Shown here in pieces: positions 62,940-64,000 of a stretch of 64,000 bases of DNA (within the stretch, counting starts at the first letter, position 1; every line of letters begins with the position of its first letter). The notes under the pieces are model-generated. The model made no database searches and was not told the DNA's origin. It worked only from the letters and a program-made list of their open reading frames with translations. The stretch spans positions 35,650,001 to 35,714,000 of the forward strand of contig NC_043004.1 of NCBI RefSeq assembly GCF_006345805.1. The letters run 5' to 3'. The position numbers and the translations under genes are program-made. The DNA comes from Octopus sinensis. Taxonomy: Eukaryota.

Positions 62940-63558
62940 AAAAGTTAAGAATATAAATTTGGGGTAGGGGTGAATTTATAATGTTAAAAACATGGTTTTT
63001 TTGCATATACAGAATGTCAGTCATCTAAAACATATGAATCCACTGATAAAAAAATAGAATTGGAAGAGTTGTATAAGTGAGGGCTGCAGCCCCTTATATG
63101 GGCAAGGGCCAAAATTTGTATAAAAGGGAAAAAATATTACACTGCTGAAAAAAAAAATCTGAAGTGAAAAGTGAAAGAATAAAAGTGAAACAATATTCTA
63201 GTGTTATCAAAAGTGAAAGAACAATACCACCGAAAAAAAATCAGAAGGATCATATAGGGAGAGAAGGCTACAGTCCCCTATATGGGCAAGGGCCAAAATT
63301 TGACCCCCTTAGAACTTTCCTTGAGTAATGAAAAGCCTTCATGCCAAATTTGGTAATATACTGCTGAAAAATAAATCAGAAGAGTTCTATAGAGTGGGGC
63401 TATAGCCCCTTATATGGGCTAGGGCCAAAATTTGACCCCCCAGGAACCTTCCCGAGTAATGGAAAACCTTCATGCCAAATTTGGTATCGATTGATCCAGT
63501 GGTTTGGCTGTGCATAGAGGAAACACACACACAGACAGAGAATTTTGTAGATATAGAT
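62940..63558 (+). mobile_element. Helitron-like element with 132-bp internal tandem units
   Basis: The 3' end CATGCCAAATTTGGT..GGCTGTGCATAGAGG..CAGACAG..TAGATATAGAT is preceded by three copies of a 28-bp block. The 5' end is uncertain. Confidence 0.7.
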
Positions 63559-63679
63559 GTATGATGGGCTTCTTTCAGTTTCTGCTATTAAAAATGTTTA
63601 TAGCTAATAACCCTTCCACCTCCTCTGTGATATTCGTTTTTATTAAAGGGTCCAGACCTAAAATTTTTGGGGAGGTAGT

Positions 63680-63825
63680 CAAGTCGATTCTCAACTGGCA
63701 CTTGCCTTACTGACCCCAAAAAGATGAAAGGAAAAGTCAACCATGGCAGAATTTGAACTCAAAACATAAATGTTGCTAAAACATCTTGTATTCTCTGCTA
63801 ACATGTCTACCAGCTTGCTGCCATC
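63680..63825 (-). mobile_element. Degenerate SINE type B
   Basis: GATGAAAGGAAAAGTCAAC..GAATTTGAACTC..CCAGCTTGCTGCC. Confidence 0.75.
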
Positions 63826-64000
63826 ATCTCCTGTGTTATATTAAGGTATATATATCATTATATAGTGATAACATGAATAAATGAAACTGCCTGCAATGGA
63901 TTAAGTCAAAATTATTATCATAGTAGGTGTTTTTAATTGCACCTTTACATGTTGACACTTCTCATATAAATTTGAGATATTACCTCACTACATCTTATCA

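Noticed and set aside
63091-63434. Regularly recurring 28-bp block resembling a CRISPR repeat
   Set aside because: Spacers are 104-156 bp and homologous to each other, the context is eukaryotic, and there are no cas genes; these are internal tandem units of a transposon.

Overview
AT-rich, microsatellite-dense animal genomic DNA. The SINE, RTE, Dong and Penelope-type repeat set looks like octopus (inferred from repeat sequences I recognise; not database-checked). There are no prokaryotic-style genes, CRISPR arrays, rRNA or true tRNA genes. Most of the window is intronic-type sequence filled with retroelements: at least four tRNA-derived SINE types, RTE, Dong/R4, HERO and CR1 LINE fragments, and short hammerhead-bearing Penelope-type elements. 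DNA transposon relics include a near-complete Tc1 with 29-bp TIRs, a DD41D-like relic, a hAT/Charlie relic, piggyBac-type and hairpin MITEs, and Helitron-like elements. Nearly all ORFs in the supplied track are microsatellite artefacts or TE fragments. Reading splice signals gives a phase-compatible chain of small minus-strand exons (33937-33898, 18244-18201, 6555-6501, possibly started by 54641-54634). It encodes (MRR)ASTVLSHQWYQFTHLETLPPLNPDLVPIARGYTRMESVTEEVTDV*, ending in a class I PDZ-binding motif followed by a 3' UTR with AATAAA signals; I cannot name the gene. Other notable observations: four different hammerhead cores, a twin-priming-type 5'-inverted RTE insertion, an inverted and circularly permuted local duplication, SINEs with swapped modules, a PHD-like finger inside an RTE ORF, and a Helitron-like repeat carrying CArG boxes.
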